From Clostridia bacterium (lineage in GTDB: Bacteria; Bacillota; Clostridia; Christensenellales; CAG-314): DNA of 57,324 nucleotides. Below the pieces are notes generated by a model that did not search any database, was not told the DNA's origin, and saw only the letters and a program-made list of their open reading frames with translations. Every line of letters begins with the position of its first letter. Positions within the stretch are counted from its first letter, which is position 1. The stretch lies in assembly GCA_017409765.1 (NCBI GenBank), contig JAFQSA010000003.1, positions 1-57,324 on the forward strand, read 5' to 3'. The translations under genes were made by a program, and so were the position numbers. Positions 40,060 through 49,093 of the stretch are shown in pieces.

Positions 40060-40506
40060 ATGACAAACATAATATTGTTATTTTGCACAATTTTGGCTGG
40101 TTTCCTTGTGGGAAAGCATCTCGAACGTCGCCAAACACAAAGGTGGCAATTCTTTGTTGACCTAAAAAAATACATTGTTCTTCTCAAAAGTAACGTCAAA
40201 ACAAAGCGCATTGAATTGCAAACATTCAACGCTCAATTTTCTCAAAGTTGTAGTAGTGTGTTTGGTAAGTTTTTGCTCGAGCAAGCACCGTTGCCATTTT
40301 TGACGATAAATCAAAATCAAATTGTATTGGCATTTTTCAATTCCCTTTCGGCAACTACATCTTCGGAATTGCTTAGCAATCTCGACTTCTACGAACAACA
40401 AATAAATTTGGAGTTTAGCTCCGTTGCTAGCGACTATCAAAGTCGTCACGCCTTTGTAAAACTTTCCATTTTGTGCGGTGTAGTTGTTGGCATTTTGTTA
40501 CTTTAG
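40060..40506 (+). CDS. spoIIIAB: Stage III sporulation protein AB (divergent; start uncertain)
   Basis: N- and C-terminal TM helices, ends KLSILCGVVVGILLL; operon position. Confidence 0.75.
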   Translation: MTNIILLFCTILAGFLVGKHLERRQTQRWQFFVDLKKYIVLLKSNVKTKRIELQTFNAQFSQSCSSVFGKFLLEQAPLPFLTINQNQIVLAFFNSLSATTSSELLSNLDFYEQQINLEFSSVASDYQSRHAFVKLSILCGVVVGILLL

Positions 40507-40688
40507 AATTAGTAGTTTTGTTGCTTGTTACAGTTTTGTCAACTCCTTTGCAATTGTCATTTTGTAGGTAATTTCAAGTGTTTGTAAGGGTCAATTTTCT
40601 TGATGTTGTATGTGGTGATTGCTTGATCTATTTTGGTTACAACAGCTTTTTTTTTACCACTAAAATCTTTTCCTACTGTTGAGGTGTT

Positions 40689-40886
40689 ATGAATTTCGAT
40701 TTAATTTTCAAAATTGGGGCCATTGGCATTGTCACCGCGATAGTGGGGATGCTTCTCAAAAAGTATGGCAAAGAAGATTTGGCCATTGTAGTTTCGGTAA
40801 TTGGCCTGATTGTCGCGTTAATCATGATGTTGGACGTCGTATCACAATTGTACGATACTATAACAAATTTGTTCGATTTTCAATGA
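40689..40886 (+). CDS. spoIIIAC: Stage III sporulation protein AC
   Basis: DLIFKIGAIGI...LLKKYGKEDLA; GAGG RBS. Confidence 0.92.
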   Translation: MNFDLIFKIGAIGIVTAIVGMLLKKYGKEDLAIVVSVIGLIVALIMMLDVVSQLYDTITNLFDFQ

Positions 40887-41269
40887 GTATTTTGCAAGTC
40901 GTGCTTGTTGCCATTGTTGCAGTATCAGCAATTTTGGTAGTCAAGCAATTTAACAAGGATATTTCGCTGGTTATTTCCATTGGCATTGGCGTGCTAATTT
41001 TGATATCCGTTTGTGATCAACTCTACGAGGTTGTCTACACTTTCCACAACATTTCTAACCAAGCGCAGGTGGATAGTCAATCAATTTCTTGTGTTATCAA
41101 GGTGGTTGGTATTGGCTACTTGTCGGAGTTTGCCAATAACATTTGCCTAGACACTGGCAACAAAAATATTGGCGAAAAGGTGCTTTTTGCCTCTCGCATT
41201 GCTATTATGCTGTGCGTTTTGCCCATTTTACAAAACTTGTTTGATGTGATAATAGGTTTTTTGCAATGA
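40883..41269 (+). CDS. spoIIIAD: Stage III sporulation protein AD
   Basis: IKVVGIGYLSEF...ICLDTG...IGEKV; ATGA overlap with AC. Confidence 0.9.
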   Translation: MSILQVVLVAIVAVSAILVVKQFNKDISLVISIGIGVLILISVCDQLYEVVYTFHNISNQAQVDSQSISCVIKVVGIGYLSEFANNICLDTGNKNIGEKVLFASRIAIMLCVLPILQNLFDVIIGFLQ

Positions 41270-42396
41270 AAAAACTCACAATCTTGATACTTTTGCTACT
41301 TGCAATATCCTTTCCGCAAGTTGTCTATGCCGACTTGCAGCAAGATTTGACCGAACAGGTTCAAACGGGCCTAGGCAATCTCGATTTTTCCCAAGTTGAG
41401 ATTGTCAGCGGTGGTTATATTGGCGATATTGTAGAAAAAATCTCACAAATCATCAATGGCGAGTTTGATAGCGTTCAAAACTTTTTTGAGATGATTTTTG
41501 CGCTGTTTTCGCAAAATTTGGCGGATATTCTTCCAAAATTGGTCAGTATTTTTGTAATTTTGGTGTTGGTTGGACTAATGAGGAAAACGTCCGGTGGGTT
41601 TATTTCCCCTGCAACGGACACGGTTGTTTCTTTTGTTGGACGAGCGGTTATCCTTGTTACCTTGATTTCCTTGTTTGGCGAGGTATTCAATCAAGTGTCG
41701 CAAATTCTTGCCGACTTAGCTGTGCTTGCCGATGCTTCTATGCCCATTTTGCTAACGCTGATAGTTGCCAATGGTTCTACAAATCTTTCGGCTGTGTGTC
41801 AACCATCAATGGTTATGTTCTCCGGTGTGATTATTGGTGTTGTTAGGAATGTTTTGCTCCCTTTGACGCTGACAGCAACGGCATTTTCCTTTGTATCTAA
41901 CCTTTCTCAAAATGTCAAAATGACAAAACTCTCCACCTTTTTGAACAACACGTCATCTTGGATTTTGGGCATACTTTTTACAGTCTTTTCCGCTTTTACG
42001 TCTGTGCAAGGCATAACTGCGGCAACTATGGATGGCGTATCATACCGCATGGCAAAATTTACTGCCAAAAACTACATCCCAATTTTGGGTGGCTACGTTT
42101 CTGATGGCTTCGATATCGTCCTTGCAAGCACAAGCCTAATAAAAAACTCCTTTGGAGTGGTGCTTTTGACGGTAGTTGTGCTGATGATTGCAAAGCCATT
42201 TTTAACAATTTTGACACTAAATCTCGGTCTGCAAGCAGTTTCTGCGCTAAGTGAGCCGGTGGTGGAAGGCAGCAATTCTAAAATTTTTGCTAGCATAACA
42301 AAATCGTTGACTTTCCTATCCGCATTGCTCATTGCAGTTGCCTTTATGTTTGCAATTTTGGTAATTGTTGCCATTTCTTGTGCAAATGGAGTTTGA
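41266..42396 (+). CDS. spoIIIAE: Stage III sporulation protein AE
   Basis: Multi-TM; VQG, DGV..R.AKF...YIPILG, LIKNSFG. Confidence 0.92.
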   Translation: MKKLTILILLLLAISFPQVVYADLQQDLTEQVQTGLGNLDFSQVEIVSGGYIGDIVEKISQIINGEFDSVQNFFEMIFALFSQNLADILPKLVSIFVILVLVGLMRKTSGGFISPATDTVVSFVGRAVILVTLISLFGEVFNQVSQILADLAVLADASMPILLTLIVANGSTNLSAVCQPSMVMFSGVIIGVVRNVLLPLTLTATAFSFVSNLSQNVKMTKLSTFLNNTSSWILGILFTVFSAFTSVQGITAATMDGVSYRMAKFTAKNYIPILGGYVSDGFDIVLASTSLIKNSFGVVLLTVVVLMIAKPFLTILTLNLGLQAVSALSEPVVEGSNSKIFASITKSLTFLSALLIAVAFMFAILVIVAISCANGV

Positions 42397-42397
42397 T

Positions 42398-42841
42398 ATG
42401 ACATCTTGGATAGTTTCCGTTTGCGGGATTGCGCTATTGAGTGTGCTTGTAGACGTCATTTTGCCCGATGGTAAGACGCAAAAGTATGTTCAGGCAGTTG
42501 TTGGGGTGGTACTAACCTTTGCAATGCTTTCGCCAATTTCGCGCTTTTTTGCCTCAAAAGAGGCATCTAACCTGTCATCTGATGGCAATTTTGATACGAA
42601 TATCACAATTCAGCAAGCATTTCTTGATGGAATTCAATCTCAAAACAACCTTGCAAGGATACAAAGGGTAGAAAATGTAATTTTTAATTTAGGTATAAAA
42701 AATGCAACAGTAACAATGCAACCTAATGGCTACGTTCTTGCAAAAGTTAAGTGCAACAAGAAAACTCTTGCAGAGTTGCAACAGGCACTGTCGGTTGCAG
42801 AAAGCAAAATAATGATACTTTGGAGCAAAACTGATGGGTAA
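42398..42841 (+). CDS. spoIIIAF: Stage III sporulation protein AF
   Basis: WIVS...ILPDGKTQKYV...MLSPI. Confidence 0.85.
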   Translation: MTSWIVSVCGIALLSVLVDVILPDGKTQKYVQAVVGVVLTFAMLSPISRFFASKEASNLSSDGNFDTNITIQQAFLDGIQSQNNLARIQRVENVIFNLGIKNATVTMQPNGYVLAKVKCNKKTLAELQQALSVAESKIMILWSKTDG

Positions 42842-43322
42842 AATCAAAAATTTTGTCACAAAAGTTAAATCTATCAAAAATATCGAGTTGTATCTCGCGT
42901 TGGCATTGGCGCTGGTTGTGGTTTTGCTCGCTTTTAGCAATTCGTCAAACGTAGGCAAAATATCTCAAAATGTTTTTTCCAGTCAGTCATATATCGCCCA
43001 GATGGAAAATAAATTAGTTACTGTACTGGGAAACATCGAGGGTTGTGGCAAAGTTAACGTTGCAATTTCCTACGCAACCGATGGCGAAAAGGTCTACGCC
43101 TACGAAACTACCACAAAGCAGGATGGTGGTGTGGTTGTGCAAACCTCTTCGCTCATCACTTTGAAAGGCGAGCCATTGCTTGTGCAAACGATAACTCCGC
43201 AAATTTTGGGTGTTGTGGTGGTGGCAGATGGTGCAAGCGACCCTCTTGTTCGGTACAAAATCAAGCAAGCGGTAGTAACACTTTTGGACATAGATATTTG
43301 CTGTGTACAGGTGTTCTCATAA
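42834..43322 (+). CDS. spoIIIAG: Stage III sporulation protein AG
   Basis: LGNIEGCGKV, PQILGVVVVADGA. Confidence 0.88.
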   Translation: MGKIKNFVTKVKSIKNIELYLALALALVVVLLAFSNSSNVGKISQNVFSSQSYIAQMENKLVTVLGNIEGCGKVNVAISYATDGEKVYAYETTTKQDGGVVVQTSSLITLKGEPLLVQTITPQILGVVVVADGASDPLVRYKIKQAVVTLLDIDICCVQVFS

Positions 43323-43343
43323 ACAATCTAGGAGGAGTAAAAC

Positions 43344-43820
43344 ATGTCTAAAGGTAAAAAAATTGCAATCATCTTGTCTATGGTAGCAGTGCTGGCAATT
43401 GCAGCAATTGTCAACGTAACTTTGTTAACAAACGACAACAAAGATGACCAAAATCCATCAGTTCAAACAAGTTTCTTCCAAACTTCCAAATTGGATCGTC
43501 AAACTACTCGTGACTACGAAATTGCCGAACTAAATTCCATTTTGGCAATGGAAGGCGACGAGTATGCTGAAGCGCGCCAAAGCGCCCTTGCCAAAAAGCA
43601 AAGCATTGTAGACGCAATGGAAACGGAAATGCTTTTGGAAACTCTTTTGAAGGCTCAAGGTTTCGAAGAGGTGCTTGTAACTGTCAATGCCACAGGCGAC
43701 AGTGTTAGTGTAATTGTCGACAAGGACGAACTCACTCGCGAGGACACAGTTCGCATTTATAACACAATTGCCACCGAAACTACCGTTTCTACCGAATTTG
43801 TTAAGATTCTATCTGTATAA
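43344..43820 (+). CDS. spoIIIAH: Stage III sporulation protein AH
   Basis: N-terminal TM, FF...KLDR...R, ETLLKAQGFEEVLV. Confidence 0.88.
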   Translation: MSKGKKIAIILSMVAVLAIAAIVNVTLLTNDNKDDQNPSVQTSFFQTSKLDRQTTRDYEIAELNSILAMEGDEYAEARQSALAKKQSIVDAMETEMLLETLLKAQGFEEVLVTVNATGDSVSVIVDKDELTREDTVRIYNTIATETTVSTEFVKILSV

Positions 43821-43826
43821 AAAGCA

Positions 43827-43855
43827 TTGTAATTTTGTAAAATGTGTGCTATAAT
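43827..43855 (+). promoter_or_regulatory. Sigma-A promoter for asp23-nusB operon
   Basis: TTGTAA-N17-TATAAT with extended TGn. Confidence 0.7.
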
Positions 43856-43880
43856 AGTACAAAAGAAGGAGAGTACACCT

Positions 43881-44210
43881 ATGAAAGTAGTTAATAAAGT
43901 TGAAGAATCCGGCAGACTCGTATACAATAGCGACATCGTTCGTGACATTGTAGCTTGTGCTTTGCACGAAATCAAGGGCATCATTTTGAGTGAGCCCAAC
44001 TCCAAGCAAGAACGCGACTCCATCAAGGTTGACATGCAAAATGACGAAGTTTACGTTGATGTTTTTGTAAAGTTGCGCTTCGATGTGGAAGTAAACGACG
44101 TTGCAAGCACAATTCAAAGCACAATCCACAACACGGTTGAAGCGATGACAGAGTTCAAAGTTAAGGACGTTAACGTTCACGTTTTGGACATCGGATTTGA
44201 CGAAAATTAG
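43881..44210 (+). CDS. Asp23/Gls24 (YqhY-like) protein
   Basis: VEAMTEFKVKDVNVHV; AGGAG RBS; upstream of nusB. Confidence 0.88.
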   Translation: MKVVNKVEESGRLVYNSDIVRDIVACALHEIKGIILSEPNSKQERDSIKVDMQNDEVYVDVFVKLRFDVEVNDVASTIQSTIHNTVEAMTEFKVKDVNVHVLDIGFDEN

Positions 44211-44270
44211 TTTTGCGAACCCCCTTTGATTTTCAAGGGGTTTTTCGCGCTTTAAGGGAGATTTACCTGT

Positions 44271-44660
44271 ATGAGAGGATACGCAAGAGAAGTTGCTTTT
44301 TGCAAAATTTATACATACATCATGAGCGAGAGTTTCGAGCCAGAGTTTTCTCAATTTGACAGTTCCAAGTTGACGGAAGAGGACCTTGCTTTTGCCACCA
44401 AAATTGTGGAAGGCGTAATTGAGCACAAAGAGGAAATTGACGGCATCATTGCCGAACTTTCCAAGTCTTTCAAGCTTTCCAGAATTTATCGTTTGGACTT
44501 GGCAATACTAGAATTGGCCATTTTTGAAATGAAGTACATGGATACACCTCATCCAGTTGTTATCAACGAGTGTGTAACCATCATCAAAGACTACTCCACC
44601 GAAAAGTCCGTCAACTTTGTTAACGGTATTTTGGCTCAGTTCGAAAGGAGTACAAACTAA
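44271..44660 (+). CDS. nusB: Antitermination factor NusB
   Basis: DLAILELA, VVINE, FVNGIL. Confidence 0.94.
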   Translation: MRGYAREVAFCKIYTYIMSESFEPEFSQFDSSKLTEEDLAFATKIVEGVIEHKEEIDGIIAELSKSFKLSRIYRLDLAILELAIFEMKYMDTPHPVVINECVTIIKDYSTEKSVNFVNGILAQFERSTN

Positions 44661-45457
44661 TGTTGCTACTTGGTAAACCTTGTGTTGATAGCATCGTAGA
44701 AAACTACGGCGACGTTAGTGGTGTAAAACTTTGCACAATCGGCTTTGATAACGATCAATGGAATCAATACACCGGCTCACTTGTGCGCAATGCTCAAAAA
44801 TATGGTATGCAATGCGAAAACATTGTGGTTGGCGATTGTACTCCAGAGGAGTTTTGCCAAATTGTAAAGGATGTTTGTGCTCGCAAGGATGTTAACGGTG
44901 TGATGGTGCAACAACCATTGCCACGCGAATATGCTCACGCCGTGGAGTTTATTGACGTTAACAAGGACGTTGATTGTCTAAATCCGTTGTCCGTTGCAAA
45001 ACTGTATCTTGGCAAGGATGGTTTCCGTCCAGCAACACCTTTGGCGGTTATCAACCTACTTGATTTCTACAAAATTGATCTTTGGGGCAAAAACGTTGTA
45101 ATTGTTGGCCGTGGTAATGCCGTTGGTAAACCTTTGGCATTGATGTGCCTTCAACGCAACGCAACAGTAACCGTTTGCCATACAAAAACACAAAATCTTG
45201 CCAATGTTTGCAAACAAGCGGACATTTTGATTACAGCGTGCGGTGTACCAGGACTTATCACAACCAATCACGTTACGGAAAACTCCATCGTAATTGATGT
45301 TGGATTGTCCTTTGTGGATGGCAAAACTTGTGGCGATGTATCTGCTGACGTGTATGATGTATGCCAAGCGGTAACGCCTGTTCCAAGAGGCATTGGCCCT
45401 GTTACATGCGTAACACTTTTGCAAAATCTCATCAAAGCACACAACAATAACAAATGA
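44660..45457 (+). CDS. folD: FolD methylene-THF dehydrogenase (cyclohydrolase motif altered)
   Basis: QQPLP, KDVDC, PATP, VGRGNAVGKP, ATVTVCH, TPVPRGIGPVT. Confidence 0.88.
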   Translation: MLLLGKPCVDSIVENYGDVSGVKLCTIGFDNDQWNQYTGSLVRNAQKYGMQCENIVVGDCTPEEFCQIVKDVCARKDVNGVMVQQPLPREYAHAVEFIDVNKDVDCLNPLSVAKLYLGKDGFRPATPLAVINLLDFYKIDLWGKNVVIVGRGNAVGKPLALMCLQRNATVTVCHTKTQNLANVCKQADILITACGVPGLITTNHVTENSIVIDVGLSFVDGKTCGDVSADVYDVCQAVTPVPRGIGPVTCVTLLQNLIKAHNNNK

Positions 45458-46626
45458 CTATAACCGTAACTCAACTTAACAACTATATCCGTGGTCTAAT
45501 TGATATGGACGGAGTGCTTGGCGACTTGACCGTTGCAGGGGAAGTTACCAATGTCAAAAGATATGGTAGTGGCTACTACTTTTCCTTGAAGGACGAAACT
45601 GCCGCCATCAACTGCTTTTGCTACAATGCCGACCAAGCATTGGTGCAAGGTAACATTGTAGTGGCGGAGGGCTCGCTTAGTTACTTTGTCAAAAATGGAA
45701 GCATTTCCATGTTTGTAAAGCGCCTAACTGCAACCAAGAACACAGGCGATGCCTATCTGCGATTTTTGGAACTAAAGGAAAAGTTGCAAAAGGAAGGCCT
45801 TTTTGACGAAGACCGCAAGCAACCAGTTCCATCATTTTGCCAAAAGGTGGGCATTGTTACTAGCCAAACTGGTGCAGTTATTGTGGATATCACTAACGTG
45901 GCGCTCAGACGTCAACCATTTTGCAATTTGTACCTCTATCCTGTAAAGGTGCAAGGGGATGGCGCTGATGTAGAAATTGCCCAAGGTATCAACTACTTTG
46001 CTAAAACCGATGTGGATGCAATCATTGTTGGCCGTGGTGGTGGTTCTAACGAGGATTTGTCAGTTTTCAATAGCGAAATTATCGTGCGCGCCATTGCAAA
46101 CTGCCCAAAACCTGTTGTTTCTGCCGTTGGACATGGTGTTGACTACACTTTGTGCGACTTTGTTGCAGATAAACGCGCAGTTACCCCAAGCGAGGCGGCA
46201 GAGTTTGTCACAACCGACGCAAACGTGATCAAGCGCCACATCAAATCGCTACTTAACAAGCAATATTCCAAGATTGAGCATCAATTGGAGTTTGACACAC
46301 ACTTTGTTGTAAACTTCCAAAAGCGTATTCTATCCCAATTAACTTATCGTGTGGAAAGTACAAAACTTTCCGTAAAACACACAATTCAAAATATTTCCGC
46401 AAATTTGCAAAATGCCTTTGTTCGCAGACAAATGCAATTGGATGCAGTAACAAGCAAACTTTCCGGCGTAAACCCCATCAATATCCTAAAACGAGGCTAT
46501 GCTTTTGTGGAGTTGGGTGGTGCGCCAGTAAAAAGTACAAATCAACTGCAAATTGGCGATAACCTAACAATTCACATTGCCGATGGCGATGTGTCGGCAA
46601 CTGTTACCGACAAGGAGTCAAAATGA
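45454..46626 (+). CDS. xseA: Exodeoxyribonuclease VII large subunit
   Basis: YFSLKDE, VTSQTGA, GRGGGS, SAVGH, TPS. Confidence 0.96.
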   Translation: MTITVTQLNNYIRGLIDMDGVLGDLTVAGEVTNVKRYGSGYYFSLKDETAAINCFCYNADQALVQGNIVVAEGSLSYFVKNGSISMFVKRLTATKNTGDAYLRFLELKEKLQKEGLFDEDRKQPVPSFCQKVGIVTSQTGAVIVDITNVALRRQPFCNLYLYPVKVQGDGADVEIAQGINYFAKTDVDAIIVGRGGGSNEDLSVFNSEIIVRAIANCPKPVVSAVGHGVDYTLCDFVADKRAVTPSEAAEFVTTDANVIKRHIKSLLNKQYSKIEHQLEFDTHFVVNFQKRILSQLTYRVESTKLSVKHTIQNISANLQNAFVRRQMQLDAVTSKLSGVNPINILKRGYAFVELGGAPVKSTNQLQIGDNLTIHIADGDVSATVTDKESK

Positions 46627-46820
46627 AACTTGAAGAAAAACTTGCCAAACTTGATAAGATTGCCACCCAACTAGAAGGAGATCTTCCATTGGAAAAGGCT
46701 TTGCAACTTTTTGAAGAAAGTGTAAAGTTGGCAAACGAGTGTTTGGAAACACTAAACGATTGCAAAGGTAAATTGACTGTAATTCAAGAAAAATTGAGAG
46801 GTATTACAGATGAAGAATAA
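46623..46820 (+). CDS. xseB: Exodeoxyribonuclease VII small subunit
   Basis: LPLEKALQLFEESVKL; follows xseA. Confidence 0.93.
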   Translation: MKLEEKLAKLDKIATQLEGDLPLEKALQLFEESVKLANECLETLNDCKGKLTVIQEKLRGITDEE

Positions 46821-47619
46821 CATCACAGTAAAGTACATCGACGAACTTGTTCGCGAGTACATCCCCAAGAATCACGACAAGGTATCCTTGGCTATTGAGT
46901 ATAGCCTGTTTACGGGTGGTAAGCGTTTTAGACCAATGCTTTTGTTGCAAACTGCAAAGGCTGTTGGCAAGCGTTTGACGGACAATGCTAAACGTCTTGC
47001 ATGCGCATTGGAGTACATCCATACTTATTCTCTCATCCACGATGACCTTCCAAGTATGGATAACGACGATTTGCGCCGTGGTAAGCGCTCTTGCCACACC
47101 CAATATGGCGAAGCAGCAGCAATTTTGGCGGGCGATGCATTGCTCAACTTGGCAGCGGAAACATTGTTTAGGGGCAATTTCAACTCCAAAAACTACCGCG
47201 AAGCGTGCGCATACATGTTTTTGATGAGTGGTTCAACTGGTATGATTCACGGTCAAAACCTCGACTTGTTTACCGAAACAAAGTCCATTGACGATGCAAA
47301 TCAAGTTGCTCTCCACAAAACGGGCGATCTTATTCGCGCAGCAATTGTTTGTGGTGCGCTTGTTGCGGGCGCAACTGAGGAGGAAACCAAGATCTTCGAC
47401 CAAATTGCTATCAACCTTGGCATTGCTTACCAAGTAGTGGACGACCTTTTGGATGCAGACAAGTGTGAGCGTTCCTTCTTGGATATCATGACTGTGGAAG
47501 GTTGCCGTAACTATGTAAAACGCCTCAATGACGAAGTTATGGCTCTGTGCGACAAACTTCCATACGACTTGCAATTTATCCGTGATTTTTCGTTGGAAAA
47601 CCTCAATCGCAATCGCTAA
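46810..47619 (+). CDS. ispA: Polyprenyl (farnesyl) diphosphate synthase
   Basis: GGKRFRP, HDDLPSMDNDDLRRG, AGDALL, QVVDDLLD. Confidence 0.93.
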   Translation: MKNNITVKYIDELVREYIPKNHDKVSLAIEYSLFTGGKRFRPMLLLQTAKAVGKRLTDNAKRLACALEYIHTYSLIHDDLPSMDNDDLRRGKRSCHTQYGEAAAILAGDALLNLAAETLFRGNFNSKNYREACAYMFLMSGSTGMIHGQNLDLFTETKSIDDANQVALHKTGDLIRAAIVCGALVAGATEEETKIFDQIAINLGIAYQVVDDLLDADKCERSFLDIMTVEGCRNYVKRLNDEVMALCDKLPYDLQFIRDFSLENLNRNR

Positions 47620-47715
47620 TTGATTGCAAATGTGCAAAAATTGACTGTCAAGTATCTATTCTATAGATATTTTCCCGCATCAACTAGCACAAATTTCAAT
47701 GATTATATCAATCAG

Positions 47716-47744
47716 TTGCAATTTTTTGCAATTTGTTGTATAAT
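47716..47744 (+). promoter_or_regulatory. Sigma-A promoter upstream of OLE RNA
   Basis: TTGCAA-N17-TATAAT about 40 nt upstream of the OLE closing stem. Confidence 0.65.
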
Positions 47745-47782
47745 AATATTCGAGCTAGTCAGCTCACAACTTAATAAATTTT

Positions 47783-48365
47783 GGTGGTGCAGTATTCTAG
47801 TCAGGGTGTGACGTATTGAAGGCGGGCCTAAAAGACCGCCGACGAGCATATCGATGAAGTTTCTTGTGCTGGCTTCCGTTGCCCAAACGGGGGCTTGTGC
47901 TGGAAGTTAAGAATGGTGGGTATAGTGTAATGGCATATGCGAAACTCCCACTATTCGTGGAGACTCTACGGGGTGGTAATAGGGTGAAAGCTATCTACTA
48001 CTCTCTGAGATTAAACCTGCTATGCGGTGAATAAGAAGCTGTGTACAGTGTAGCTTGTTTTGAGTGAAATTTTGGGAGTAATGAACGCATATCTGTCCGT
48101 TGGCCAATGGATGATTTGCGAATGCTTTATGAAATGAATTTTGCAAAAGAAACTAAAATATGTGCCTCCCTGCCAAGGAAATCTTCTAGACTGCAAATCA
48201 GGCTTGTTGGAGATTATAGTACGGACTAAGTGGCGATTCGGTTGTGCGAATGGTAACATCGCATGCACAAGATTAAAAGGAAACTGCTTTCTCGGCGACG
48301 GAAAGTTCCTGTGTGGGAAATCCTACCGAACCTATGCCGTAAGGTTTATCTAGCGAGTCACCACC
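47783..48365 (+). ncRNA. ole: OLE RNA (ornate, large, extremophilic ncRNA)
   Basis: 5' GGTGGTG pairs with 3' CACCACC to close ~583 nt; recalled OLE blocks GGTGCAGTATTCTAGTCAGGG, GAAGGCGGGCCTAAAA, GTACGGACTAAGTGG, GATTAAAAGGAAAC; lies between ispA and an oapA homologue. Confidence 0.92.
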
Positions 48366-48453
48366 TAATTTATAATTGTAAGTAAATAGCTTATCACTAC
48401 AAACGGGGCAGTTTGCAATTTGCAAAACTCCCCCAAATTTTTATAGGAATAAT

Positions 48454-49092
48454 ATGAAAAGTACAGACCCTGTCCCTAAAACGCAAAGACAACACGATGA
48501 GCAAACAAACGAAGTTGCTCATCACGAAACAGACAAACGCAAAAAACAAGACAAAAAGAAGCATCAAAAGCGCAATTTGTGGCCTCTAAAAGCCATGCTT
48601 ATCACTTTGATTCTTTCTGCTCTTGTAAACTTAATTTCTACCCTTGTGCTTGATGGAGCGCAACTATGGCTAGCAATCCTAATTACTTTGGTAATAGTAC
48701 TTTTGGGTGTAATTTTTGATACAATTGGCACAGCCACAACCTCCTGTGATATTCAACCATTGCTTGCTATGGCATCAAGAAAGGTAAAAGGAGCAAAGAC
48801 TGCTGTCAAACTTGCGCAAAAAAGTGACATTGTTTCCAATGTTTGCAACGACATCATTGGTGATATTTGCGGTATCGTATCTGGTGCGTGTGCAGCGACA
48901 ATAACGGCAACGGCACTTTCGGGATTTACCAACCCAACTCTTGTCATCACTTTGACAATTGCCGTTTATGCCGCTATTTCCACGCTAACAGTTGTGCTAA
49001 AATCCTTTGGCAAAACACTTGCTGTAAACAAAGGCACCAGTATTGTGTTTGGTGTTGCAAAAATTTTGAGTATATTCCACAAAGAAGGTTAA
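48454..49092 (+). CDS. oapA: OLE-associated membrane protein A
   Basis: Four TM helices; GVIFDTIG, AMASRKVKGAK, SNVCNDIIGDICGIVSG (DxxxD); directly downstream of OLE. Confidence 0.9.
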   Translation: MKSTDPVPKTQRQHDEQTNEVAHHETDKRKKQDKKKHQKRNLWPLKAMLITLILSALVNLISTLVLDGAQLWLAILITLVIVLLGVIFDTIGTATTSCDIQPLLAMASRKVKGAKTAVKLAQKSDIVSNVCNDIIGDICGIVSGACAATITATALSGFTNPTLVITLTIAVYAAISTLTVVLKSFGKTLAVNKGTSIVFGVAKILSIFHKEG

Positions 49093-49093
49093 T

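Noticed and set aside
48020-48353. ORFs 48020..48268 (-) and 48141..48353 (+)
   Set aside because: They lie inside the OLE RNA, have no RBS and no recognisable protein features
47783-48365. Alternative identities for the structured RNA (group I/II intron, RNase P, tmRNA, T-box)
   Set aside because: I saw none of their hallmark motifs, it interrupts no gene, and the ispA/oapA context fits OLE
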